Assembly: GCA_964057225.1 (NCBI GenBank)
Contig: OZ059894.1
Coordinates: forward strand, 11,842,001 to 11,906,000
Reading direction: 5' to 3'
Source: Auanema rhodensis
Taxonomy: Eukaryota > Animalia > Nematoda
Length of the DNA: 64,000 nt
Of the stretch, positions 23,049-37,914 are shown piece after piece. The notes under the pieces are model-generated. The model saw only the letters and a list, made by a program, of their open reading frames with translations. It searched no databases and had not been told where the DNA came from. Every line of letters starts with the position of its first letter. The first letter of the stretch is position 1. The position numbers and the translations under genes were made by a program.

Positions 23049-23490
23049 ACAGCATAGCCATGAGTATCAAAGACATCAAGCAAATGTATCGTACTTGTTA
23101 CGAGTGCACTCTCTCATTTGAATATAAAAGTGTGGTTTGACAATCTTGACTGTACAGGTCATAAATGGCTCATATAAACTGTGGATTTACTCAACTTTTG
23201 GACTTATTTTTTTCTTATTCGAAGCGCTGCACTTTTTTCTATTCTTTTTATTCAAATACTTGTATATAGTTTTATATGTACGGTTGCAAAGTTTCCGAAT
23301 ATTTTATATATTTTTATACAATAATTAGGAGAAGGTTAATACAATGAAATCTCCCAACTTTACAGTGTTTGTATTGCTTACAGTATCTAGAACAACCACT
23401 CTTGTAATATTAGAGCACATATCAATCAACAACTTTTTCTAGTTATCAAAGCTTTTTTATTTCTTCAAGATATTTCAAATAAAATATAAA

Positions 23491-23609
23491 AGCTTACGAC
23501 ACCCGGGATTCCCAAGCCGTCTCCGATCCAAGTACTAACCGGGCCCAACGTTGCTTGACTTGCCAGATCGGACGGGATGGCGTACTTTCAACGTGGTATG
23601 GTCGTAAGC
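23491..23609 (-). rRNA. 5S rRNA
   Basis: Same as 1805-1923. Confidence 0.97.
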
Positions 23610-23850
23610 AATGTTATATTCTTCATTATCAGTTATATCACTCTAAATCTTGTTGTTAATAGTTAGGACCACAAAGAAAACAACAGGAACAGTAACAAAT
23701 GAAATGCCCAAACTTTACAGTGTTCGAGTTATTTACAGTATCTAAGACTACCTCTGTCGTGTTATTAGAGCAAACATTCGATTAACAACAACTTTTTTTT
23801 AGTTATCAAAGCTTTTTTATTTCTTCAAAAAATTTCAAATAAAATATAAA

Positions 23851-23969
23851 AGCTTACGACACCCGGGATTCCCAAGCCGTCTCCGATCCAAGTACTAACC
23901 GGGCCCAACGTTGCTTGACTTGCCAGATCGGACGGGATGGCGTACTTTCAACGTGGTATGGTCGTAAGC
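23851..23969 (-). rRNA. 5S rRNA
   Basis: Same as 1805-1923. Confidence 0.97.
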
Positions 23970-24111
23970 AATGTCATATTCTTCATTATCAGTTATATCA
24001 CTCTAAATCTTGTTGTTAATAGATACGACCACAAAGAAAACAACAGGAACAGTAACAATAACAAAAAAAATTTTTTTTTCACCTATGTGTCTAAAGGTTA
24101 GCCATGTATCC

Positions 24112-24163
<52 letters not shown>

Positions 24164-25342
24164 ACAGTAAAAAGTCCAATCAAGAGAGAAATTTTTTCAA
24201 CACATAGTTGTTTTTTTTTAAATATCATTGTTTTTCCTCATAACTCGGTTTAAACTCGTTCTAACCCGTTGAAATACGTCTAGAAAGTCTTTATAACATG
24301 CATATGTATGATAGAACTTCATATTTATTGTAATAGAAAATTTTATTTTCAGACGTCTTGGTTAACAATGATATGTTTTACCCCCTTATAATTTTTATCA
24401 TAATGTTCCTTATACGGAACGCTCAATGAAACTTGCTTCCAGAAAAATTTCTTTCTATTTTTTCTTCATATGTACGTAGATACTATAGAGAACTATGATA
24501 GAAAACTTTAACATTCACGAAATCATCATTTCTCATTACGCTACGGAGGTTTAAAAAGCTGTGTTTTACCTTATAATAGACCGGAAAACCCTTGTGTTAA
24601 AACTGGACCGTTTTTACACATATAAAAATGTCCCGTATTCGGGACCCTAATGTAACTTTTGATTCCCTATATTTTTTTTCATGAAATTTACAATCTACTG
24701 TAGAAAGAAGAATTATTTTTATAAAAACTGTAAATTTTTGAAAAATGAAAACAAAACGAAAACAAAAACAACTTTTTTTTGAACATTTTCTCACACAAGG
24801 GTCCCCCCTTACCTACTTTTTTTCTCATTACTCGTTTCAACCTCATCCGATCACTCTGCAAACATGTTTAATCGTTCTAACTTGTTGAAATACGTCTTAA
24901 AAGTCTAAACAACATGCATATGCATAATAGAAACCACCCGAATAGGCCCCCACGCACTAAACGAGATATATACATTACCAGTATAGTAATAGAACACATA
25001 TTGAAGATTAATTCGATAAGAACAATTTATTGACGTAGAGAATGTTTGTTCCGAAAAACTACAATATTAAACTATAAAAGTAACAAAAGCGTAGAGGCAG
25101 CAAAGACATGAATAAACATAAATGTAAATACAGAATTACCAGGTAGTACATAAGTATGACAAAAAATTATAAGAAAGCCATGAAAATAGAAGGTTTGTGA
25201 ACAAATGAGAGGTACATCTTTGATCGTATAGTCATTTCTAAACCGTTCGTATGCTGCAGCATCGTCATAAGCGTCACTCAAGTTGAATTTCCATGTGTAC
25301 TACACGATTTTCATTCTTATTGTTACATTCTTTCCCTGAGGG

Positions 25343-25528
25343 AATGGGCCGTTCCCGCCAGCAGTGCAAGAGCGGGTCGACCCGTGAGGTGGAGCTAGCA
25401 AGCCAGCATCTACCTCAAGTCTCAAAAATCGGTTAACCTTATTGTGAACCAATGGAACACATATCGAAGGTTAATTCGATAAGAACGATTACTACACTTT
25501 GATCTTAGCCAAAAGGCCGAGAAGCGAT
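25343..25528 (-). ncRNA. U2: U2 snRNA
   Basis: Same sequence as 1177-1362. Confidence 0.96.
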
Positions 25529-25970
25529 ACAGCATAGCCATGAGTATCAAAGACATCAAGCAAATGTATCGTACTTGTTACGAGTGCACTCTCTCATTTG
25601 AATATAAAAGTGTGGTTTGACAATCTTGACTGTACAGGTCATAAATGGCTCATATAAACTGTGGATTTACTCAACTTTTGGACTTATTTTTTTCTTATTC
25701 GAAGCGCTGCACTTTTTTCTATTCTTTTTATTCAAATACTTGTATATAGTTTTATATGTACGGTTGCAAAGTTTCCGAATATTTTATATATTTTTATACA
25801 ATAATTAGGAGAAGGTTAATACAATGAAATCTCCCAACTTTACAGTGTTTGTATTGCTTACAGTATCTAGAACAACCACTCTTGTAATATTAGAGCACAT
25901 ATCAATCAACAACTTTTTCTAGTTATCAAAGCTTTTTTATTTCTTCAAGATATTTCAAATAAAATATAAA

Positions 25971-26089
25971 AGCTTACGACACCCGGGATTCCCAAGCCGT
26001 CTCCGATCCAAGTACTAACCGGGCCCAACGTTGCTTGACTTGCCAGATCGGACGGGATGGCGTACTTTCAACGTGGTATGGTCGTAAGC
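25971..26089 (-). rRNA. 5S rRNA
   Basis: Same as 1805-1923. Confidence 0.97.
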
Positions 26090-26330
26090 AATGTTATATT
26101 CTTCATTATCAGTTATATCACTCTAAATCTTGTTGTTAATAGTTAGGACCACAAAGAAAACAACAGGAACAGTAACAAATGAAATGCCCAAACTTTACAG
26201 TGTTCGAGTTATTTACAGTATCTAAGACTACCTCTGTCGTGTTATTAGAGCAAACATTCGATTAACAACAACTTTTTTTTAGTTATCAAAGCTTTTTTAT
26301 TTCTTCAAAAAATTTCAAATAAAATATAAA

Positions 26331-26449
26331 AGCTTACGACACCCGGGATTCCCAAGCCGTCTCCGATCCAAGTACTAACCGGGCCCAACGTTGCTTGACT
26401 TGCCAGATCGGACGGGATGGCGTACTTTCAACGTGGTATGGTCGTAAGC
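26331..26449 (-). rRNA. 5S rRNA
   Basis: Same as 1805-1923. Confidence 0.97.
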
Positions 26450-26591
26450 AATGTCATATTCTTCATTATCAGTTATATCACTCTAAATCTTGTTGTTAAT
26501 AGATACGACCACAAAGAAAACAACAGGAACAGTAACAATAACAAAAAAAATTTTTTTTTCACCTATGTGTCTAAAGGTTAGCCATGTATCC

Positions 26592-26631
<40 letters not shown>

Positions 26632-27810
26632 ACAGTAAAAAGTCCAATCAAGAGAGAAATTTTTTCAACACATAGTTGTTTTTTTTTAAATATCATTGTT
26701 TTTCCTCATAACTCGGTTTAAACTCGTTCTAACCCGTTGAAATACGTCTAGAAAGTCTTTATAACATGCATATGTATGATAGAACTTCATATTTATTGTA
26801 ATAGAAAATTTTATTTTCAGACGTCTTGGTTAACAATGATATGTTTTACCCCCTTATAATTTTTATCATAATGTTCCTTATACGGAACGCTCAATGAAAC
26901 TTGCTTCCAGAAAAATTTCTTTCTATTTTTTCTTCATATGTACGTAGATACTATAGAGAACTATGATAGAAAACTTTAACATTCACGAAATCATCATTTC
27001 TCATTACGCTACGGAGGTTTAAAAAGCTGTGTTTTACCTTATAATAGACCGGAAAACCCTTGTGTTAAAACTGGACCGTTTTTACACATATAAAAATGTC
27101 CCGTATTCGGGACCCTAATGTAACTTTTGATTCCCTATATTTTTTTTCATGAAATTTACAATCTACTGTAGAAAGAAGAATTATTTTTATAAAAACTGTA
27201 AATTTTTGAAAAATGAAAACAAAACGAAAACAAAAACAACTTTTTTTTGAACATTTTCTCACACAAGGGTCCCCCCTTACCTACTTTTTTTCTCATTACT
27301 CGTTTCAACCTCATCCGATCACTCTGCAAACATGTTTAATCGTTCTAACTTGTTGAAATACGTCTTAAAAGTCTAAACAACATGCATATGCATAATAGAA
27401 ACCACCCGAATAGGCCCCCACGCACTAAACGAGATATATACATTACCAGTATAGTAATAGAACACATATTGAAGATTAATTCGATAAGAACAATTTATTG
27501 ACGTAGAGAATGTTTGTTCCGAAAAACTACAATATTAAACTATAAAAGTAACAAAAGCGTAGAGGCAGCAAAGACATGAATAAACATAAATGTAAATACA
27601 GAATTACCAGGTAGTACATAAGTATGACAAAAAATTATAAGAAAGCCATGAAAATAGAAGGTTTGTGAACAAATGAGAGGTACATCTTTGATCGTATAGT
27701 CATTTCTAAACCGTTCGTATGCTGCAGCATCGTCATAAGCGTCACTCAAGTTGAATTTCCATGTGTACTACACGATTTTCATTCTTATTGTTACATTCTT
27801 TCCCTGAGGG

Positions 27811-27996
27811 AATGGGCCGTTCCCGCCAGCAGTGCAAGAGCGGGTCGACCCGTGAGGTGGAGCTAGCAAGCCAGCATCTACCTCAAGTCTCAAAAATCGG
27901 TTAACCTTATTGTGAACCAATGGAACACATATCGAAGGTTAATTCGATAAGAACGATTACTACACTTTGATCTTAGCCAAAAGGCCGAGAAGCGAT
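27811..27996 (-). ncRNA. U2: U2 snRNA
   Basis: Same sequence as 1177-1362. Confidence 0.96.
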
Positions 27997-28438
27997 ACAG
28001 CATAGCCATGAGTATCAAAGACATCAAGCAAATGTATCGTACTTGTTACGAGTGCACTCTCTCATTTGAATATAAAAGTGTGGTTTGACAATCTTGACTG
28101 TACAGGTCATAAATGGCTCATATAAACTGTGGATTTACTCAACTTTTGGACTTATTTTTTTCTTATTCGAAGCGCTGCACTTTTTTCTATTCTTTTTATT
28201 CAAATACTTGTATATAGTTTTATATGTACGGTTGCAAAGTTTCCGAATATTTTATATATTTTTATACAATAATTAGGAGAAGGTTAATACAATGAAATCT
28301 CCCAACTTTACAGTGTTTGTATTGCTTACAGTATTTAGAACAACCACTCTTGTAATATTAGAGCACATATCAATCAACAACTTTTTCTAGTTATCAAAGC
28401 TTTTTTATTTCTTCAAGATATTTCAAATAAAATATAAA

Positions 28439-28557
28439 AGCTTACGACACCCGGGATTCCCAAGCCGTCTCCGATCCAAGTACTAACCGGGCCCAACGTT
28501 GCTTGACTTGCCAGATCGGACGGGATGGCGTACTTTCAACGTGGTATGGTCGTAAGC
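28439..28557 (-). rRNA. 5S rRNA
   Basis: Same as 1805-1923. Confidence 0.97.
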
Positions 28558-28798
28558 AATGTTATATTCTTCATTATCAGTTATATCACTCTAAATCTTG
28601 TTGTTAATAGTTAGGACCACAAAGAAAACAACAGGAACAGTAACAAATGAAATGCCCAAACTTTACAGTGTTCGAGTTATTTACAGTATCTAAGACTACC
28701 TCTGTCGTGTTATTAGAGCAAACATTCGATTAACAACAACTTTTTTTTAGTTATCAAAGCTTTTTTATTTCTTCAAAAAATTTCAAATAAAATATAAA

Positions 28799-28917
28799 AG
28801 CTTACGACACCCGGGATTCCCAAGCCGTCTCCGATCCAAGTACTAACCGGGCCCAACGTTGCTTGACTTGCCAGATCGGACGGGATGGCGTACTTTCAAC
28901 GTGGTATGGTCGTAAGC
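28799..28917 (-). rRNA. 5S rRNA
   Basis: Same as 1805-1923. Confidence 0.97.
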
Positions 28918-29059
28918 AATGTCATATTCTTCATTATCAGTTATATCACTCTAAATCTTGTTGTTAATAGATACGACCACAAAGAAAACAACAGGAACAG
29001 TAACAATAACAAAAAAAATTTTTTTTTCACCTATGTGTCTAAAGGTTAGCCATGTATCC

Positions 29060-29111
<52 letters not shown>

Positions 29112-30291
29112 ACAGTAAAAAGTCCAATCAAGAGAGAAATTTTTTCAACACATAGTTGTTTTTTTTTTAAATATCATTGTTTTTCCTCATAACTCGGTTT
29201 AAACTCGTTCTAACCCGTTGAAATACGTCTAGAAAGTCTTTATAACATGCATATGTATGATAGAACTTCATATTTATTGTAATAGAAAATTTTATTTTCA
29301 GACGTCTTGGTTAACAATGATATGTTTTACCCCCTTATAATTTTTATCATAATGTTCCTTATACGGAACGCTCAATGAAACTTGCTTCCAGAAAAATTTC
29401 TTTCTATTTTTTCTTCATATGTACGTAGATACTATAGAGAACTATGATAGAAAACTTTAACATTCACGAAATCATCATTTCTCATTACGCTACGGAGGTT
29501 TAAAAAGCTGTGTTTTACCTTATAATAGACCGGAAAACCCTTGTGTTAAAACTGGACCGTTTTTACACATATAAAAATGTCCCGTATTCGGGACCCTAAT
29601 GTAACTTTTGATTCCCTATATTTTTTTTCATGAAATTTACAATCTACTGTAGAAAGAAGAATTATTTTTATAAAAACTGTAAATTTTTGAAAAATGAAAA
29701 CAAAACGAAAACAAAAACAACTTTTTTTTGAACATTTTCTCACACAAGGGTCCCCCCTTACCTACTTTTTTTCTCATTACTCGTTTCAACCTCATCCGAT
29801 CACTCTGCAAACATGTTTAATCGTTCTAACTTGTTGAAATACGTCTTAAAAGTCTAAACAACATGCATATGCATAATAGAAACCACCCGAATAGGCCCCC
29901 ACGCACTAAACGAGATATATACATTACCAGTATAGTAATAGAACACATATTGAAGATTAATTCGATAAGAACAATTTATTGACGTAGAGAATGTTTGTTC
30001 CGAAAAACTACAATATTAAACTATAAAAGTAACAAAAGCGTAGAGGCAGCAAAGACATGAATAAACATAAATGTAAATACAGAATTACCAGGTAGTACAT
30101 AAGTATGACAAAAAATTATAAGAAAGCCATGAAAATAGAAGGTTTGTGAACAAATGAGAGGTACATCTTTGATCGTATAGTCATTTCTAAACCGTTCGTA
30201 TGCTGCAGCATCGTCATAAGCGTCACTCAAGTTGAATTTCCATGTGTACTACACGATTTTCATTCTTATTGTTACATTCTTTCCCTGAGGG

Positions 30292-30477
30292 AATGGGCCG
30301 TTCCCGCCAGCAGTGCAAGAGCGGGTCGACCCGTGAGGTGGAGCTAGCAAGCCAGCATCTACCTCAAGTCTCAAAAATCGGTTAACCTTATTGTGAACCA
30401 ATGGAACACATATCGAAGGTTAATTCGATAAGAACGATTACTACACTTTGATCTTAGCCAAAAGGCCGAGAAGCGAT
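30292..30477 (-). ncRNA. U2: U2 snRNA
   Basis: Same sequence as 1177-1362. Confidence 0.96.
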
Positions 30478-30919
30478 ACAGCATAGCCATGAGTATCAAA
30501 GACATCAAGCAAATGTATCGTACTTGTTACGAGTGCACTCTCTCATTTGAATATAAAAGTGTGGTTTGACAATCTTGACTGTACAGGTCATAAATGGCTC
30601 ATATAAACTGTGGATTTACTCAACTTTTGGACTTATTTTTTTCTTATTCGAAGCGCTGCACTTTTTTCTATTCTTTTTATTCAAATACTTGTATATAGTT
30701 TTATATGTACGGTTGCAAAGTTTCCGAATATTTTATATATTTTTATACAATAATTAGGAGAAGGTTAATACAATGAAATCTCCCAACTTTACAGTGTTTG
30801 TATTGCTTACAGTATCTAGAACAACCACTCTTGTAATATTAGAGCACATATCAATCAACAACTTTTTCTAGTTATCAAAGCTTTTTTATTTCTTCAAGAT
30901 ATTTCAAATAAAATATAAA

Positions 30920-31038
30920 AGCTTACGACACCCGGGATTCCCAAGCCGTCTCCGATCCAAGTACTAACCGGGCCCAACGTTGCTTGACTTGCCAGATCGG
31001 ACGGGATGGCGTACTTTCAACGTGGTATGGTCGTAAGC
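30920..31038 (-). rRNA. 5S rRNA
   Basis: Same as 1805-1923. Confidence 0.97.
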
Positions 31039-31279
31039 AATGTTATATTCTTCATTATCAGTTATATCACTCTAAATCTTGTTGTTAATAGATACGACCA
31101 CAAAGAAAACAACAGGAACAGTAACAAATGAAATGCCCAAACTTTACAGTGTTCGAGTTATTTACAGTATCTAAGACTACCTCTGTCGTGTTATTAGAGC
31201 AAACATTCGATTAACAACAACTTTTTTTTAGTTATCAAAGCTTTTTTATTTCTTCAAAAAATTTCAAATAAAATATAAA

Positions 31280-31398
31280 AGCTTACGACACCCGGGATTC
31301 CCAAGCCGTCTCCGATCCAAGTACTAACCGGGCCCAACGTTGCTTGACTTGCCAGATCGGACGGGATGGCGTACTTTCAACGTGGTATGGTCGTAAGC
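31280..31398 (-). rRNA. 5S rRNA
   Basis: Same as 1805-1923. Confidence 0.97.
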
Positions 31399-31540
31399 AA
31401 TGTCATATTCTTCATTATCAGTTATATCACTCTAAATCTTGTTGTTAATAGATACGACCACAAAGAAAACAACAGGAACAGTAACAATAACAAAAAAAAT
31501 TTTTTTTTCACCTATGTGTCTAAAGGTTAGCCATGTATCC

Positions 31541-31592
<52 letters not shown>

Positions 31593-32772
31593 ACAGTAAA
31601 AAGTCCAATCAAGAGAGAAATTTTTTCAACACATAGTTGTTTTTTTTTTAAATATCATTGTTTTTCCTCATAACTCGGTTTAAACTCGTTCTAACCCGTT
31701 GAAATACGTCTAGAAAGTCTTTATAACATGCATATGTATGATAGAACTTCATATTTATTGTAATAGAAAATTTTATTTTCAGACGTCTTGGTTAACAATG
31801 ATATGTTTTACCCCCTTATAATTTTTATCATAATGTTCCTTATACGGAACGCTCAATGAAACTTGCTTCCAGAAAAATTTCTTTCTATTTTTTCTTCATA
31901 TGTACGTAGATACTATAGAGAACTATGATAGAAAACTTTAACATTCACGAAATCATCATTTCTCATTACGCTACGGAGGTTTAAAAAGCTGTGTTTTACC
32001 TTATAATAGACCGGAAAACCCTTGTGTTAAAACTGGACCGTTTTTACACATATAAAAATGTCCCGTATTCGGGACCCTAATGTAACTTTTGATTCCCTAT
32101 ATTTTTTTTCATGAAATTTACAATCTACTGTAGAAAGAAGAATTATTTTTATAAAAACTGTAAATTTTTGAAAAATGAAAACAAAACGAAAACAAAAACA
32201 ACTTTTTTTTGAACATTTTCTCACACAAGGGTCCCCCCTTACCTACTTTTTTTCTCATTACTCGTTTCAACCTCATCCGATCACTCTGCAAACATGTTTA
32301 ATCGTTCTAACTTGTTGAAATACGTCTTAAAAGTCTAAACAACATGCATATGCATAATAGAAACCACCCGAATAGGCCCCCACGCACTAAACGAGATATA
32401 TACATTACCAGTATAGTAATAGAACACATATTGAAGATTAATTCGATAAGAACAATTTATTGACGTAGAGAATGTTTGTTCCGAAAAACTACAATATTAA
32501 ACTATAAAAGTAACAAAAGCGTAGAGGCAGCAAAGACATGAATAAACATAAATGTAAATACAGAATTACCAGGTAGTACATAAGTATGACAAAAAATTAT
32601 AAGAAAGCCATGAAAATAGAAGGTTTGTGAACAAATGAGAGGTACATCTTTGATCGTATAGTCATTTCTAAACCGTTCGTATGCTGCAGCATCGTCATAA
32701 GCGTCACTCAAGTTGAATTTCCATGTGTACTACACGATTTTCATTCTTATTGTTACATTCTTTCCCTGAGGG

Positions 32773-32958
32773 AATGGGCCGTTCCCGCCAGCAGTGCAAG
32801 AGCGGGTCGACCCGTGAGGTGGAGCTAGCAAGCCAGCATCTACCTCAAGTCTCAAAAATCGGTTAACCTTATTGTGAACCAATGGAACACATATCGAAGG
32901 TTAATTCGATAAGAACGATTACTACACTTTGATCTTAGCCAAAAGGCCGAGAAGCGAT
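32773..32958 (-). ncRNA. U2: U2 snRNA
   Basis: Same sequence as 1177-1362. Confidence 0.96.
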
Positions 32959-33400
32959 ACAGCATAGCCATGAGTATCAAAGACATCAAGCAAATGTATC
33001 GTACTTGTTACGAGTGCACTCTCTCATTTGAATATAAAAGTGTGGTTTGACAATCTTGACTGTACAGGTCATAAATGGCTCATATAAACTGTGGATTTAC
33101 TCAACTTTTGGACTTATTTTTTTCTTATTCGAAGCGCTGCACTTTTTTCTATTCTTTTTATTCAAATACTTGTATATAGTTTTATATGTACGGTTGCAAA
33201 GTTTCCGAATATTTTATATATTTTTATACAATAATTAGGAGAAGGTTAATACAATGAAATCTCCCAACTTTACAGTGTTTGTATTGCTTACAGTATCTAG
33301 AACAACCACTCTTGTAATATTAGAGCACATATCAATCAACAACTTTTTCTAGTTATCAAAGCTTTTTTATTTCTTCAAGATATTTCAAATAAAATATAAA

Positions 33401-33519
33401 AGCTTACGACACCCGGGATTCCCAAGCCGTCTCCGATCCAAGTACTAACCGGGCCCAACGTTGCTTGACTTGCCAGATCGGACGGGATGGCGTACTTTCA
33501 ACGTGGTATGGTCGTAAGC
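33401..33519 (-). rRNA. 5S rRNA
   Basis: Same as 1805-1923. Confidence 0.97.
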
Positions 33520-33760
33520 AATGTTATATTCTTCATTATCAGTTATATCACTCTAAATCTTGTTGTTAATAGTTAGGACCACAAAGAAAACAACAGGAAC
33601 AGTAACAAATGAAATGCCCAAACTTTACAGTGTTCGAGTTATTTACAGTATCTAAGACTACCTCTGTCGTGTTATTAGAGCAAACATTCGATTAACAACA
33701 ACTTTTTTTTAGTTATCAAAGCTTTTTTATTTCTTCAAAAAATTTCAAATAAAATATAAA

Positions 33761-33879
33761 AGCTTACGACACCCGGGATTCCCAAGCCGTCTCCGATCCA
33801 AGTACTAACCGGGCCCAACGTTGCTTGACTTGCCAGATCGGACGGGATGGCGTACTTTCAACGTGGTATGGTCGTAAGC
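33761..33879 (-). rRNA. 5S rRNA
   Basis: Same as 1805-1923. Confidence 0.97.
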
Positions 33880-34021
33880 AATGTCATATTCTTCATTATC
33901 AGTTATATCACTCTAAATCTTGTTGTTAATAGATACGACCACAAAGAAAACAACAGGAACAGTAACAATAACAAAAAAAATTTTTTTTTCACCTATGTGT
34001 CTAAAGGTTAGCCATGTATCC

Positions 34022-34073
<52 letters not shown>

Positions 34074-35253
34074 ACAGTAAAAAGTCCAATCAAGAGAGAA
34101 ATTTTTTCAACACATAGTTGTTTTTTTTTTAAATATCATTGTTTTTCCTCATAACTCGGTTTAAACTCGTTCTAACCCGTTGAAATACGTCTAGAAAGTC
34201 TTTATAACATGCATATGTATGATAGAACTTCATATTTATTGTAATAGAAAATTTTATTTTCAGACGTCTTGGTTAACAATGATATGTTTTACCCCCTTAT
34301 AATTTTTATCATAATGTTCCTTATACGGAACGCTCAATGAAACTTGCTTCCAGAAAAATTTCTTTCTATTTTTTCTTCATATGTACGTAGATACTATAGA
34401 GAACTATGATAGAAAACTTTAACATTCACGAAATCATCATTTCTCATTACGCTACGGAGGTTTAAAAAGCTGTGTTTTACCTTATAATAGACCGGAAAAC
34501 CCTTGTGTTAAAACTGGACCGTTTTTACACATATAAAAATGTCCCGTATTCGGGACCCTAATGTAACTTTTGATTCCCTATATTTTTTTTCATGAAATTT
34601 ACAATCTACTGTAGAAAGAAGAATTATTTTTATAAAAACTGTAAATTTTTGAAAAATGAAAACAAAACGAAAACAAAAACAACTTTTTTTTGAACATTTT
34701 CTCACACAAGGGTCCCCCCTTACCTACTTTTTTTCTCATTACTCGTTTCAACCTCATCCGATCACTCTGCAAACATGTTTAATCGTTCTAACTTGTTGAA
34801 ATACGTCTTAAAAGTCTAAACAACATGCATATGCATAATAGAAACCACCCGAATAGGCCCCCACGCACTAAACGAGATATATACATTACCAGTATAGTAA
34901 TAGAACACATATTGAAGATTAATTCGATAAGAACAATTTATTGACGTAGAGAATGTTTGTTCCGAAAAACTACAATATTAAACTATAAAAGTAACAAAAG
35001 CGTAGAGGCAGCAAAGACATGAATAAACATAAATGTAAATACAGAATTACCAGGTAGTACATAAGTATGACAAAAAATTATAAGAAAGCCATGAAAATAG
35101 AAGGTTTGTGAACAAATGAGAGGTACATCTTTGATCGTATAGTCATTTCTAAACCGTTCGTATGCTGCAGCATCGTCATAAGCGTCACTCAAGTTGAATT
35201 TCCATGTGTACTACACGATTTTCATTCTTATTGTTACATTCTTTCCCTGAGGG

Positions 35254-35439
35254 AATGGGCCGTTCCCGCCAGCAGTGCAAGAGCGGGTCGACCCGTGAGG
35301 TGGAGCTAGCAAGCCAGCATCTACCTCAAGTCTCAAAAATCGGTTAACCTTATTGTGAACCAATGGAACACATATCGAAGGTTAATTCGATAAGAACGAT
35401 TACTACACTTTGATCTTAGCCAAAAGGCCGAGAAGCGAT
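35254..35439 (-). ncRNA. U2: U2 snRNA
   Basis: Same sequence as 1177-1362. Confidence 0.96.
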
Positions 35440-35881
35440 ACAGCATAGCCATGAGTATCAAAGACATCAAGCAAATGTATCGTACTTGTTACGAGTGCAC
35501 TCTCTCATTTGAATATAAAAGTGTGGTTTGACAATCTTGACTGTACAGGTCATAAATGGCTCATATAAACTGTGGATTTACTCAACTTTTGGACTTATTT
35601 TTTTCTTATTCGAAGCGCTGCACTTTTTTCTATTCTTTTTATTCAAATACTTGTATATAGTTTTATATGTACGGTTGCAAAGTTTCCGAATATTTTATAT
35701 ATTTTTATACAATAATTAGGAGAAGGTTAATACAATGAAATCTCCCAACTTTACAGTGTTTGTATTGCTTACAGTATCTAGAACAACCACTCTTGTAATA
35801 TTAGAGCACATATCAATCAACAACTTTTTCTAGTTATCAAAGCTTTTTTATTTCTTCAAGATATTTCAAATAAAATATAAA

Positions 35882-36000
35882 AGCTTACGACACCCGGGAT
35901 TCCCAAGCCGTCTCCGATCCAAGTACTAACCGGGCCCAACGTTGCTTGACTTGCCAGATCGGACGGGATGGCGTACTTTCAACGTGGTATGGTCGTAAGC
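35882..36000 (-). rRNA. 5S rRNA
   Basis: Same as 1805-1923. Confidence 0.97.
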
Positions 36001-36241
36001 AATGTTATATTCTTCATTATCAGTTATATCACTCTAAATCTTGTTGTTAATAGTTAGGACCACAAAGAAAACAACAGGAACAGTAACAAATGAAATGCCC
36101 AAACTTTACAGTGTTCGAGTTATTTACAGTATCTAAGACTACCTCTGTCGTGTTATTAGAGCAAACATTCGATTAACAACAACTTTTTTTTAGTTATCAA
36201 AGCTTTTTTATTTCTTCAAAAAATTTCAAATAAAATATAAA

Positions 36242-36360
36242 AGCTTACGACACCCGGGATTCCCAAGCCGTCTCCGATCCAAGTACTAACCGGGCCCAAC
36301 GTTGCTTGACTTGCCAGATCGGACGGGATGGCGTACTTTCAACGTGGTATGGTCGTAAGC
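36242..36360 (-). rRNA. 5S rRNA
   Basis: Same as 1805-1923. Confidence 0.97.
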
Positions 36361-36502
36361 AATGTCATATTCTTCATTATCAGTTATATCACTCTAAATC
36401 TTGTTGTTAATAGATACGACCACAAAGAAAACAACAGGAACAGTAACAATAACAAAAAAAATTTTTTTTTCACCTATGTGTCTAAAGGTTAGCCATGTAT
36501 CC

Positions 36503-36548
<46 letters not shown>

Positions 36549-37728
36549 ACAGTAAAAAGTCCAATCAAGAGAGAAATTTTTTCAACACATAGTTGTTTTT
36601 TTTTTAAATATCATTGTTTTTCCTCATAACTCGGTTTAAACTCGTTCTAACCCGTTGAAATACGTCTAGAAAGTCTTTATAACATGCATATGTATGATAG
36701 AACTTCATATTTATTGTAATAGAAAATTTTATTTTCAGACGTCTTGGTTAACAATGATATGTTTTACCCCCTTATAATTTTTATCATAATGTTCCTTATA
36801 CGGAACGCTCAATGAAACTTGCTTCCAGAAAAATTTCTTTCTATTTTTTCTTCATATGTACGTAGATACTATAGAGAACTATGATAGAAAACTTTAACAT
36901 TCACGAAATCATCATTTCTCATTACGCTACGGAGGTTTAAAAAGCTGTGTTTTACCTTATAATAGACCGGAAAACCCTTGTGTTAAAACTGGACCGTTTT
37001 TACACATATAAAAATGTCCCGTATTCGGGACCCTAATGTAACTTTTGATTCCCTATATTTTTTTTCATGAAATTTACAATCTACTGTAGAAAGAAGAATT
37101 ATTTTTATAAAAACTGTAAATTTTTGAAAAATGAAAACAAAACGAAAACAAAAACAACTTTTTTTTGAACATTTTCTCACACAAGGGTCCCCCCTTACCT
37201 ACTTTTTTTCTCATTACTCGTTTCAACCTCATCCGATCACTCTGCAAACATGTTTAATCGTTCTAACTTGTTGAAATACGTCTTAAAAGTCTAAACAACA
37301 TGCATATGCATAATAGAAACCACCCGAATAGGCCCCCACGCACTAAACGAGATATATACATTACCAGTATAGTAATAGAACACATATTGAAGATTAATTC
37401 GATAAGAACAATTTATTGACGTAGAGAATGTTTGTTCCGAAAAACTACAATATTAAACTATAAAAGTAACAAAAGCGTAGAGGCAGCAAAGACATGAATA
37501 AACATAAATGTAAATACAGAATTACCAGGTAGTACATAAGTATGACAAAAAATTATAAGAAAGCCATGAAAATAGAAGGTTTGTGAACAAATGAGAGGTA
37601 CATCTTTGATCGTATAGTCATTTCTAAACCGTTCGTATGCTGCAGCATCGTCATAAGCGTCACTCAAGTTGAATTTCCATGTGTACTACACGATTTTCAT
37701 TCTTATTGTTACATTCTTTCCCTGAGGG

Positions 37729-37914
37729 AATGGGCCGTTCCCGCCAGCAGTGCAAGAGCGGGTCGACCCGTGAGGTGGAGCTAGCAAGCCAGCATCTACC
37801 TCAAGTCTCAAAAATCGGTTAACCTTATTGTGAACCAATGGAACACATATCGAAGGTTAATTCGATAAGAACGATTACTACACTTTGATCTTAGCCAAAA
37901 GGCCGAGAAGCGAT
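37729..37914 (-). ncRNA. U2: U2 snRNA
   Basis: Same sequence as 1177-1362. Confidence 0.96.
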
